From Methanotrichaceae archaeon (GTDB lineage: Archaea > Halobacteriota > Methanosarcinia > Methanotrichales > Methanotrichaceae), in contig CAVWIG010000028.1 in the NCBI GenBank assembly GCA_963754945.1, positions 1 through 64,000 of the forward strand: 64,000 nucleotides of DNA, read 5' to 3'. Of this stretch, positions 41,750-50,406 are shown one piece after another; within the stretch, counting starts at the first letter, position 1, and every line of letters begins with the position of its first letter. The translations under genes and the position numbers were made by a program. A model generated the notes under the pieces. The model had not been told where the DNA came from. It saw only the letters and a program-made list of their open reading frames with translations, and searched no databases.

Positions 41750-41944
41750 CTAGTATGTTTGCGCTAGCGCTTTTTCTTCGCTCTGGAGGAGATCTGTCTC
41801 TAGGGCTTGACTATACAGAATCGGTAAACGGCTGTCTATCGATGCAATTTCATCGGCCGCGGCCGCAATAAGCTCCAAAAGCTCCTTGCGCCGTGATGTG
41901 GCCATATCCAAATCGTTTCTCATGATAATATTTGCCTGTGTCAT
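41750..41944 (-). CDS. Small helical hypothetical protein; its TAG stop contains the IS630 target TA
   Basis: 64-aa ATG ORF with amphipathic helices. Confidence 0.45.
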   Translation of the reverse strand: MTQANIIMRNDLDMATSRRKELLELIAAAADEIASIDSRLPILYSQALETDLLQSEEKALAQTY

Positions 41945-42140
41945 TTAAAAATCGACACAAATGTTAACTTAATTAAGCCAACAGGAAGGATATTAACTCA
42001 TCGCTCCCTTACTCATTGAGGCAATGATGCGTTAAAGTACATTGTCGATGTTAAAGGTCGATTATCATCGTCTGAACTCTTGTTCAATTGAGATAAGATT
42101 TTTCCGCACCTATGAGGTATCTAACTAGAGGTTCGATACA

Positions 42141-43178
42141 ATGCCGCTCTTAGCAGTTGACGTCGGCGCAGGGACTCAGGACATCCTCCTTTACAGAGAG
42201 GACGTACCATTGGAAGGATCGACTAAGATGGTCCTGCCCAGCCCGACCGTGTTAGTGGCCGGAAGGATCGATCAGGCCAGGTCTCAAGGTTTAGACGTGT
42301 TCCTTGAAGGACCTACCATGGGAGGTGGCTCTTCTACGACAGCAGTGATTAGGCACCTGAAGGCAGGATTGAAGGTCTACGCGACGCCCTCTGCCGCAGC
42401 CACCATAAACGATAACCTGGATCGAGTGTCCCAAATGGGCGTGACCATCCAGGTGGAGATGCCCGCCGGTGCAGCGAGGATCTCCACTGGAGACATCGAC
42501 ATCTCCGCCCTCAAGGAAGCTTTTGGGCTTTTCGATCTCGACCTACCGGAAGAGATTGCAGTTGCAGTTCAGGACCACGGTTTCTCCCCTGACAGGTCAA
42601 ACCGGTTGGTCAGGTTCGAGCACCTGACCGATGCCATCCGAGAGGGCGGCAGGATAGAGAACTTCGCATTTAGGGAGCCACCAGTGGCCATGACAAGAAT
42701 GCTGGCGGTAAAAGCGCATCTTGAACACCATGAATACAAATCAATCCTTATGGACACAGGGCCTGCTGCCTTATTCGGTGCAGCCACGGACCCTTGTTTC
42801 GTTGATCCCGGGCTGATTTTGAACTTCGGCAACGGACACACCGTAGCTGCGATACTCTTCGAAGGAAGGATAACAGCGCTCTTCGAGCACCACACGTCCC
42901 AGCTAGATCCAGAGAAGCTTCGGCACTTTGTTTCAGGGCTCTGCGATGGAACCCTGAACAACTCTGATATATTCGACGACGGAGGCCACGGTGCTTTTAT
43001 AGAATGTGTACCTGACCTATTGAGATCAACTCTGGCCACCGGCCCGCGGAGGGACTCGTTCCTGCGGTCCGGCGCACTGAAAGGAGCGGTGGCAGCCGCG
43101 CCTGCAGGAGACATGATGATCACAGGCTGCATTGGCCTGATGGAAGCGTGGTCCAGGAAGGACATGTTATGGAGATAG
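42141..43178 (+). CDS. DUF1786 family protein
   Basis: AVDVGAGTQDIL, VLPSPT, AVQDHG, MDTGPAA, NFGNGHT, FEHHT, GDMMITGC. Confidence 0.88.
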   Translation: MPLLAVDVGAGTQDILLYREDVPLEGSTKMVLPSPTVLVAGRIDQARSQGLDVFLEGPTMGGGSSTTAVIRHLKAGLKVYATPSAAATINDNLDRVSQMGVTIQVEMPAGAARISTGDIDISALKEAFGLFDLDLPEEIAVAVQDHGFSPDRSNRLVRFEHLTDAIREGGRIENFAFREPPVAMTRMLAVKAHLEHHEYKSILMDTGPAALFGAATDPCFVDPGLILNFGNGHTVAAILFEGRITALFEHHTSQLDPEKLRHFVSGLCDGTLNNSDIFDDGGHGAFIECVPDLLRSTLATGPRRDSFLRSGALKGAVAAAPAGDMMITGCIGLMEAWSRKDMLWR

Positions 43179-43741
43179 GAAGAGGAGCAGAAGCGGTTAT
43201 CACTCTAGAGGAAGGCGCAGTCAGAAAATGGAGGATTCCGAAAGGCTACAGACTGCCTGAGCTGGACGAGCAGATAAGGCGGGAGCGGACAATTCGAGAG
43301 GCGCGGATAACCTCAGAGGCCAGAAGGTGCGGTGTTCCAACGCCAATAATAAAGGACGTCTTGAAGTTCGACCTTATTATGGAGCACGTCGACGGCCAGA
43401 AGCTCAAGGACGTGATAACTCCAGCTCTGTCCGAACAGGTTGGGGAGATGGTGGGCAGGTTGCACAAGGCAGGCATAATCCACGGGGATCTGACTACCTC
43501 AAACATGATACTCCGGGATGGACGAATCTACCTGATAGACTTCGGCCTGGCATTCCACGAAGGATCGGTTGAGGCCCAGGGCGTGGACGTCCATGTCTAT
43601 TTCCAGACGCTAGAGTCCACTCACGACAGACCTGAGGAGCTGATAGAGGCTTTCATGTTAGGTTACGCAAGGACTCAACCGGTGGCGGAAGCTGTCCTCG
43701 AACGAGTGAAAGCGATCAAAGCCCGAGGAAGGTATCTTTGA
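43169..43741 (+). CDS. bud32: KEOPS kinase Bud32 (stand-alone)
   Basis: GRGAEA, RIPKGYR, HGDLTTSNM, IDFGL, C-terminal RGRYL. Confidence 0.93.
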   Translation: MEIGRGAEAVITLEEGAVRKWRIPKGYRLPELDEQIRRERTIREARITSEARRCGVPTPIIKDVLKFDLIMEHVDGQKLKDVITPALSEQVGEMVGRLHKAGIIHGDLTTSNMILRDGRIYLIDFGLAFHEGSVEAQGVDVHVYFQTLESTHDRPEELIEAFMLGYARTQPVAEAVLERVKAIKARGRYL

Positions 43742-43882
43742 TCCGATCGTTGATCAGATCATGTTCTTCAAGATTCCATCGAAGTCCAAACAATTATGTT
43801 GTTACCATGTTGTTGCCATATCACCACCTTTATTTAGGAAATCGACCTTAGTTCAAATTTAGTTCCGAGGTGGTGACTTACC

Positions 43883-44152
43883 ATGGCAGAAGATGATGTT
43901 GTATTCGTCGGCAACAAACCAGTGATGAACTACGTTCTGGCGGTGGTTACTCAGTTCAACAGCGGTGCAAAGGACGTCAGGATAATGGCCAGAGGCCGTG
44001 CAATCTCTAGAGCGGTCGATGTGGCTGAGGTCTCAAGATCCAGGTTCCTTCCTGATGTGACACTGAAGGGTATACAGATTTCCACCGAGGTTTTGAACAC
44101 GGACCGCGGAGAGACCAACGTCTCCGCCATAGAAATAACCCTCGGGAAGTAA
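43883..44152 (+). CDS. albA: DNA/RNA-binding protein Alba
   Basis: [25 protein letters not shown]. Confidence 0.96.
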   Translation: MAEDDVVFVGNKPVMNYVLAVVTQFNSGAKDVRIMARGRAISRAVDVAEVSRSRFLPDVTLKGIQISTEVLNTDRGETNVSAIEITLGK

Positions 44153-44182
44153 ATCCTGGCAACAGAACGTGGCAGGTCGGCC

Positions 44183-44836
44183 TTGACTACCGGAATCGGC
44201 GTAATATCCTCCGGGCGTGGTGAGAACCTCAGGTACATCATAGAGGCTTCGCGCTCGGGATATCTGCCAGCGGAAGTCAGAATTGTGCTCGCTGACCAGA
44301 ATAACGCCGGAGCCCTCAGGATAGCAGACGATTACGGGATAAAGGGCGTTTTCGTCGATTCAGCAGGAACCTCCCGCCAGGATTACGATAGAGTTCTTTT
44401 AGATCATCTGGAACGTGCCGATGTTGATCTGGTGGTCCTTACCGGCTATATGAGAATTTTGTCCAGGCCTTTCGTTGAGCATTACAGGCACAGAATCCTG
44501 AACATTCATCCTGCTCTTCTGCCCGCTTTCAGAGGCATGAACGCCTTTCAGCAGGCCCTGGACCACGGGGTAAAGTGGACGGGCACCACCATCCATCTGG
44601 TGGACGAAGAAGTCGATCACGGCCCAATACTCCACCAGGTGCCAGTGCCAGTCAAGGATAACGATACTTATGAGAGCCTGAAGGCCAGGGTTCAGAGGGC
44701 GGAGTACGAAGCTTACCCAACTGCCATAAAAAAGTTCATCGAGGGCAAACCAAAAGTTGTTGGAAGAAGGGTCATTTTCGAATGTTCTGAAGCTGAAGAA
44801 TCCGATAATACAAAAGATAAGATGAAGCTAGTCTGA
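44183..44836 (+). CDS. purN: Phosphoribosylglycinamide formyltransferase
   Basis: SGRGENL, GYMRIL, NIHPALLPAF, EVDHGPI. Confidence 0.95.
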   Translation: MTTGIGVISSGRGENLRYIIEASRSGYLPAEVRIVLADQNNAGALRIADDYGIKGVFVDSAGTSRQDYDRVLLDHLERADVDLVVLTGYMRILSRPFVEHYRHRILNIHPALLPAFRGMNAFQQALDHGVKWTGTTIHLVDEEVDHGPILHQVPVPVKDNDTYESLKARVQRAEYEAYPTAIKKFIEGKPKVVGRRVIFECSEAEESDNTKDKMKLV

Positions 44837-44902
44837 ATAAATAATATAATAAATATATAATAATAAATCGTTATGAAACAATAATGTACGAGGGATTGTA
44901 AG

Positions 44903-45391
44903 ATGGAGAACCTTTGGGCGCCCTGGAGAATAGATTACATACTCAGCAAGAAGCCCCCTGGATGCATATTCTGTGACAAGCCCACAGAGAACAAGGACGA
45001 AGAAAACCTGATCCTTTACCGTGGGAAGTACAACTTCTTAATAATGAACGCCTTTCCTTACAACAACGGCCACATGATGGTCGTTCCCTACAGGCATACT
45101 GCATCGCTCTCTGGCTGGTCGCCGGAAGAGCAGAAGGAGCTGCTGGAGCTGGCCGACCTGGCAGTGAATCTGCTCAAGAAACTCATGAAGCCGGACGGCT
45201 TCAACCTGGGTATAAACATGGGACTTGTAGCCGGAGCAGGCGTAGCCGACCACATCCACCTGCACGTCGTGCCACGCTGGAATGGCGATACAAACTTCAT
45301 GCCGGTGCTGTCGGACACACGGGTGATATCCGAAGCCCTAAGAATGACTTACAGGAAGCTGAAAGAGACGCTGGAAGAAGCTAAACCATAG
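44903..45391 (+). CDS. HIT family hydrolase
   Basis: LWAPWR, CIFC, PYNNGH, HIHLHVVPR. Confidence 0.93.
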   Translation: MENLWAPWRIDYILSKKPPGCIFCDKPTENKDEENLILYRGKYNFLIMNAFPYNNGHMMVVPYRHTASLSGWSPEEQKELLELADLAVNLLKKLMKPDGFNLGINMGLVAGAGVADHIHLHVVPRWNGDTNFMPVLSDTRVISEALRMTYRKLKETLEEAKP

Positions 45392-45415
45392 AATTTGCCA
45401 GATGGCCTTCAAACG

Positions 45416-45559
45416 CTACCACTTACTCCAGGATTGTTTTCCAACGTTCGGTCCGAGGTTTTTCTTCATGAACAGTTCGACCTCGATCCGCACCTCTTCG
45501 CTCAGTTGGCGTTCCAGGAGTATGTACTCGTAGAGCGTTTGGGCTGGCTTATTCCACAT
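45416..45559 (-). CDS. Small hypothetical protein (47 aa, MWNKPAQTLYEYILLERQLSEEVRIEVELFMKKNLGPNVGKQSWSKW)
   Basis: Hand-translated ATG..TAG; host-like codons; TATA-like TATATTAA ~45 nt upstream. Confidence 0.5.
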   Translation of the reverse strand: MWNKPAQTLYEYILLERQLSEEVRIEVELFMKKNLGPNVGKQSWSKW

Positions 45560-45631
45560 ATGAAAAAGTTGTGGCCCACTGAAGTAGGATCTTGCACCAC
45601 TTAATATAGACCCACTCTCCTATACATAAAA

Positions 45632-45898
45632 ATGAAGATTTCGTGTTGGTACAAGAACGGCAGTTTAGATGCATTACGGCAGTTTTGCGTTCAAAATCAA
45701 AACAAACCAATATCTATAAAGTTGGTAAGCGAATCAGAGCCGATCAAAGGGGTATTATATAACCATCGAGTTGCTTCCTTGAACGCAGCTGGTCTCTGCC
45801 TACTTTTAACTGACAAAGCAATTCATCCTGCATACTACTGTCTAGACGGTATCGAGAGCTTCCATACTGGACTATGTGGGCAAAATCCATCTGGATAG
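45632..45898 (+). CDS. Hypothetical protein
   Basis: 88-aa ATG ORF filling an intergenic gap; no recognised motif. Confidence 0.4.
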   Translation: MKISCWYKNGSLDALRQFCVQNQNKPISIKLVSESEPIKGVLYNHRVASLNAAGLCLLLTDKAIHPAYYCLDGIESFHTGLCGQNPSG

Positions 45899-46066
45899 AG
45901 CGTGCATATACTAGAAGGCACCCGCTCCTCTAAAGATTACCAGTCGTAATGCGCTGCTTTGTTATGATATCGGACAGAATAATCATCAAGCATTGGTGGC
46001 TCAGGGCTCCTTAGAAATAATAACATTATTAAACATAAGCATTAATAGGCGTTGGAGATGAAATAG

Positions 46067-46327
46067 ATGGACAACATACACGTAAAGATCCTGGAAGCTA
46101 TCAATTCACTTTCCCCTAAGTCCTTTGTCAGTCCCATTGAAGTTAACGAGAAGGTTAAGCTAGATGAAATCGAATTTGCGGATCGCTTATTGTCTCTTAG
46201 AAGACTGAGATATGTCACCGTTAAAACGGACTGTGGCGCTCCCGGCAAGAGCCTTCCCAACGGCATCTCCGGTGTTAGCATCACGAACGATGGCCTACAA
46301 GTTTTACGAAGGCGGACATACCTCTAG
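46067..46327 (+). CDS. Small winged-helix-like hypothetical protein
   Basis: GGAG SD; KILEAI...LLSLRRLRYV...ITNDG pattern. Confidence 0.6.
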   Translation: MDNIHVKILEAINSLSPKSFVSPIEVNEKVKLDEIEFADRLLSLRRLRYVTVKTDCGAPGKSLPNGISGVSITNDGLQVLRRRTYL

Positions 46328-46365
46328 TCCGGAGGTGGCCGTTCATTTTAATATAAAAAATAGGA

Positions 46366-46617
46366 TTATTTAGAGCATGGCCCGTCCAGCCACTGGCCGC
46401 ATATCGGCTCTCCTATGTTCTCGGCAGGGTCGTCGCACTTCTTGATATAGCCGCAGTACCTGTGCACTTTTTTGCCCGAGGCTGGGATGATCTGCTCCTG
46501 GCACCAGAGCTTGAGCCCGCACCCTTCTGCCAGGGTCAGCTTCTTGAGAATCTCTTCCTCAGTTTCGCCTTTTGACAGCAGTTCCTTCAACCGCTTCTCC
46601 GACTCTTCCATGGTCAT
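46366..46617 (-). CDS. Small Cys-rich hypothetical protein
   Basis: 83 aa, six Cys, host-like codon usage. Confidence 0.7.
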   Translation of the reverse strand: MTMEESEKRLKELLSKGETEEEILKKLTLAEGCGLKLWCQEQIIPASGKKVHRYCGYIKKCDDPAENIGEPICGQWLDGPCSK

Positions 46618-46874
46618 GACAACTGTATATGCTCTTGGGTTTATTTAAAATGTCCGTTGAGCTTCGAAACAAGAACCGGCAAATGATTAACTACGAAAAT
46701 CCTGCTAGTCCATAACCCAGATGAGCTCCAAACACGTGATACATCAGTCTTCCTCCTGCTCGCACAACCTGGATCTGAGCGAAAGATATATCGACTTTGG
46801 TAGAAAATATTAAACTACCGCGTAATATCGGACGCTCCCACCTGATAATAAGAACCTGAGAGGTATATGCTAGA

Positions 46875-47513
46875 ATGGAAGAACATAATTCACAAAAATA
46901 TAAAGAGAAAACAAAAACACATTTTGAAGAAATATCAACGCACTATTCCGACTCATACGCAGGCAAATATACAGCACCTATGCATGATGCGTTGATACAG
47001 GAGTTAGCTGAGATAACTTTCGCATCACTGCTGGATGTGGGATGTGGAACGGGTACATTCTTGTCGATTGTCTCTAAAAGATTTGATGTCAAAGTATCTG
47101 GCATCGACATATCACCCGGAATGATTAAAAAAAGCAGAGAATTGCTTGGAGGCGGTGCCGATCTAAGAGTAGGGGACTCTGAGCATCTGCCCTGGAACAA
47201 CGAGTCCTTTGATGTTGTTACCTGCATTGCATCTTTTCACCATTATCCCAATCCTGAGCCTGTTTTAATGGAAATGAAACGCGTCTTGAAACCTGGTGGG
47301 AGAGTGATAATTGCGGACCCCTGGGCGCCCAATCCGTGGAGATTTTTAGCAAATTTAATCGTCCGGACCCGATTAAACAGAGGTGGGGATGTAAAAGTGT
47401 ACTCTTGGGAGGAAATGCGGGAATTGCTTGAAAAGTGTGGACTGGCGTCCGTAAAATGGAAAGTAAAAGGCAATCTTTGGAAGAAATATTTTATAGTGAC
47501 TGCTTCAGCATGA
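46875..47513 (+). CDS. Class I SAM-dependent methyltransferase
   Basis: LLDVGCGTG, GIDISPGM, SFDVV, RVLKPGG; GAGG SD. Confidence 0.93.
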   Translation: MEEHNSQKYKEKTKTHFEEISTHYSDSYAGKYTAPMHDALIQELAEITFASLLDVGCGTGTFLSIVSKRFDVKVSGIDISPGMIKKSRELLGGGADLRVGDSEHLPWNNESFDVVTCIASFHHYPNPEPVLMEMKRVLKPGGRVIIADPWAPNPWRFLANLIVRTRLNRGGDVKVYSWEEMRELLEKCGLASVKWKVKGNLWKKYFIVTASA

Positions 47514-47966
47514 AGGTGATTCGCTCGATAATTTGCTGTTTTCCCGGGCCTCGAAGGCCACCCCTCGCCGCTCCAGCTCCTTTGTAAGCTCTTCCATGAA
47601 CACCCCCATTCCCGGGACATGCTCGTGAGGTGACTCTCGAACTCTGCCTCCAAGGTATCCTGCGCTCGTGGTCAGAACTCCGCAACTAGGACTTCCGGCT
47701 ACGCCTTCAATCATTGTGCTCGTTCCTTTGGATGCAAGCATTTCGATCATGTCTGCGTAATGCACGATCAGCGATCTGCAGAATCGCCTGAACTCCGGCA
47801 CCTCCAGTTGGTTTCTAGTCACAGCCCACCTATCCAGCCCCAGGTAAAGGGCCTCCGGGCAGGGAAGCTGGATCAAAGGAGGCTCTGGCCTGAAATCCAA
47901 TTGTTCAAGTCCTTTCACCCTGGTGTGGGGATTCAGGAGGCAGTGAGCCACCACCTGAAGCTCCAT
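47505..47966 (-). CDS. DUF523 / TudS-related putative Fe-S desulfidase
   Basis: AHCLLN, QLPCPE, GSPSCG, GVFMEEL. Confidence 0.82.
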   Translation of the reverse strand: MELQVVAHCLLNPHTRVKGLEQLDFRPEPPLIQLPCPEALYLGLDRWAVTRNQLEVPEFRRFCRSLIVHYADMIEMLASKGTSTMIEGVAGSPSCGVLTTSAGYLGGRVRESPHEHVPGMGVFMEELTKELERRGVAFEARENSKLSSESPSC

Positions 47967-48359
47967 TCAGCCTGCCTTCGGCTGTCGATTCTTGATGTAT
48001 TGATAGAACTTGATCCCGTCCACATCCTCGTAAAAGACTATGTTCTCGGCTGCTCCACCCACTTTAAGTCGTAGGGTGTTTGTGTGGAACTCCTTAACAT
48101 ACTCCACATCCTCGATCTTGTCCATAGGGACCGTCTGGACCCGATCCCACATTATCCCAGTTCGGACGAAGTGGACGTTCTTCCTGGTGACAACCAGCCA
48201 GGAGAAGATCTTCTGGTCGTCACCCATGCCTATCCTGGTCATTGCCAGCATCTGCTGGGTAGCGTACCTCTCCAGAAGTGCCGGAAAGATGAGGAGTGGC
48301 TCCTCTCCTTCTGCCTCCAGCTTCTTTAAAGCCCTTCGCAGCTTTTTGGGTGTCTCCAT
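47967..48359 (-). CDS. PH-like domain protein
   Basis: LVVTRKNVHF, VPMDKIEDVEY pattern; abuts the next gene. Confidence 0.7.
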   Translation of the reverse strand: METPKKLRRALKKLEAEGEEPLLIFPALLERYATQQMLAMTRIGMGDDQKIFSWLVVTRKNVHFVRTGIMWDRVQTVPMDKIEDVEYVKEFHTNTLRLKVGGAAENIVFYEDVDGIKFYQYIKNRQPKAG

Positions 48360-48426
48360 GAGTGGCGTAGGCGAATTTTAGCTCTAGGTAGCTATCTATG
48401 CTCCTATATGCAGTCTATGTAACTAT

Positions 48427-49572
48427 TTATGTTACTATCTTCTCTAAGACGTCGTTTTCCAGGGCAATGCTGACCTCACGGGCGAGCCTGCGTCCTGTGG
48501 ACATGTTGGTCCTCCAGAGCGCGTTCCCGTAAGGGTGGCCGACGGCCATGTGGACGTTGGTCCCGCCTCCAACTCTGGGAGCGACGTCGTAGATGTAGAA
48601 GTTCAGGTCCTTGTCAACACAGGTCTGCAGGCAGAAAGGTCCTATGATTCCCGGATCGTAATACTCCTGGGTAGCTTCAACGTACTTCTCAGCCAGCTCG
48701 AAGGCCTTCTCGAGAAGCGACTCGCGCAGCGTGGCGGAGTTGTGGCCGCAGACTGTGTACTCAGGGTTGATCTGCTGCTCGTTCAGGGCCATCTGCTGGG
48801 GTGCCGGCAACCTGACGTGCCCATCCAGGCTCGTCTCGAAGCGCCAATCTATGCCAATCAGCTCTATCCTCTGGGAGATGGGCGAGTAGAAGAAGTCCAG
48901 GTTGAACACAGGACCTATGACGTACCTCTCAATCCTGGCCAGATCCAGGCCGTCCTGGTCGATCACTCCCTGCTTAAGAAGTATGTCGGCCTTCTGGCAG
49001 TACTGCTCGTATGAGGCGGCCGTGAAAAACCCACGCTCAAGGGTCTTGACAGCGTGGGGCAGCTTTACCATGACCAATTCGTCGATCTCCTCTGGCTCGA
49101 TCTGTTCTGGGAATGGCAACCCAGCCTTCTCCAGCAGCCAGTAGTAGTCTTTCTTGTCTCCCCGCTCCTCCGACCTAAGCAGGTTCCTGGAACCTATCAA
49201 AGGAACGGCAAACTGGTCCTCTACGGCATCTATCCCGCAGTAAGAGGTGAATGACCTATTGGGAACGAAGAGGACGTTCTTTGAACGTAGAAACTCCTGG
49301 TTCTCCTCCTCGATGACCTCTGAGAACCTCTTGAGCATGAGCACCTCGTCGATCATGCCGGTGATTATCCTGCCTTTCTTGTCGCGGTTGGCCCTGAAAT
49401 ACTTGACATAGGGCTTCTCGCGCCCCTCCTGGCAGACGGCCAGGGTCCTGAAGTGCTCCTCTACTGCACCGTCGGCAGTGTCAAGCGCTGAGTGGGAGGC
49501 GATCATGCCAATGCGCAGGTCGCCCAGTTCATATTCATTCAGGATCTCCCTAATCCTGCTGCGATCGATCAA
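48427..49572 (-). CDS. purP: PurP-like ATP-grasp protein (formate-AICAR ligase family)
   Basis: ASHSALD, VPNRSF, ERGFF, PGIIGPFCLQ, DVAPRVGGGTN. Confidence 0.88.
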   Translation of the reverse strand: MIDRSRIREILNEYELGDLRIGMIASHSALDTADGAVEEHFRTLAVCQEGREKPYVKYFRANRDKKGRIITGMIDEVLMLKRFSEVIEEENQEFLRSKNVLFVPNRSFTSYCGIDAVEDQFAVPLIGSRNLLRSEERGDKKDYYWLLEKAGLPFPEQIEPEEIDELVMVKLPHAVKTLERGFFTAASYEQYCQKADILLKQGVIDQDGLDLARIERYVIGPVFNLDFFYSPISQRIELIGIDWRFETSLDGHVRLPAPQQMALNEQQINPEYTVCGHNSATLRESLLEKAFELAEKYVEATQEYYDPGIIGPFCLQTCVDKDLNFYIYDVAPRVGGGTNVHMAVGHPYGNALWRTNMSTGRRLAREVSIALENDVLEKIVT

Positions 49573-49626
49573 ACTAAAGCACCCCAAAATAATTACATCC
49601 GTTCATCCTATTTCCATCCTGACTTA

Positions 49627-50406
49627 TCAAGGTGACTGTTGAGCTGGATTGGAGACATAGATCTCGCCTTTTCCGTTCTCCACCAGGTCTCCTAAGTACT
49701 TCTGGAAGTTGGCCCCTTCTATATTGACCAGCTCCATCCTTTGGTAGCTGGGCAGCATCTTCGCCATGCCCTTTATAGTAATCGATCCTTTGGTCATCTC
49801 CGCTCCTGGGAGATAGGTGCTGCCGCCGATGATTATGGTGCCGCCCTGGTTGGCGGATCCTGGAAAGTCTCCGGCATCGCTTCCAACCCTGATGCCTCCA
49901 CCACACATGTGCTCGCCGAGGTAGGCGCCGGCCTGGCCCGCTATCTCAATCTCTCCGCCGCGCATGCCGCACTTTTCGCCCCTGTAACCGGCACCAACAT
50001 AGTTTCCGGCGTTGCCCTCCACCACGATCTTGCCTCCGCGCATCTCCCTCCCGAGCCAGTCGTCCGCATTTCCCTGTACGCGAAGCACCCCTCCTTTCAT
50101 GCCGCTGCCTGTCCGCATCCCCACGTCGCCACGAACCTCCACTGTCCCAGCGCTCATGTTCTCGCCTATCCTCTTCACTCTGGAGAAATCGCCTTCCATG
50201 ATTACCGTCGTCTCCTCCGGCTTGACGATAACATCATCCCCCTCCACACTGAAGAGAGCTGAGAGCTTATTCGTACTGTTGCCCTGCCAGGCTTCCAGCG
50301 ATCCTATCTGGGCTAAGCTTAAACCTGCTAACTTATCCGGAGAGATGATCTCAGCCTCCACGGGGATATCGAACGCCTTTTTTGGACGTAGAGTAATAGT
50401 CCTCAT
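49627..50406 (-). CDS. fwdC: Formylmethanofuran dehydrogenase subunit C
   Basis: EAEIISPD; GxxM.GG repeats; GYRGEKCGMRGG. Confidence 0.95.
   Translation of the reverse strand: MRTITLRPKKAFDIPVEAEIISPDKLAGLSLAQIGSLEAWQGNSTNKLSALFSVEGDDVIVKPEETTVIMEGDFSRVKRIGENMSAGTVEVRGDVGMRTGSGMKGGVLRVQGNADDWLGREMRGGKIVVEGNAGNYVGAGYRGEKCGMRGGEIEIAGQAGAYLGEHMCGGGIRVGSDAGDFPGSANQGGTIIIGGSTYLPGAEMTKGSITIKGMAKMLPSYQRMELVNIEGANFQKYLGDLVENGKGEIYVSNPAQQSP

Larger units (their letters stand above)
39281..41750 (+). mobile_element. IS630-family element, interrupted by IS5
   Basis: Terminal IRs GTGCACCATAAC / GTTATGATGCAC flanked by duplicated TA (39279-80, 41751-52); two-ORF transposase. Confidence 0.93.
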
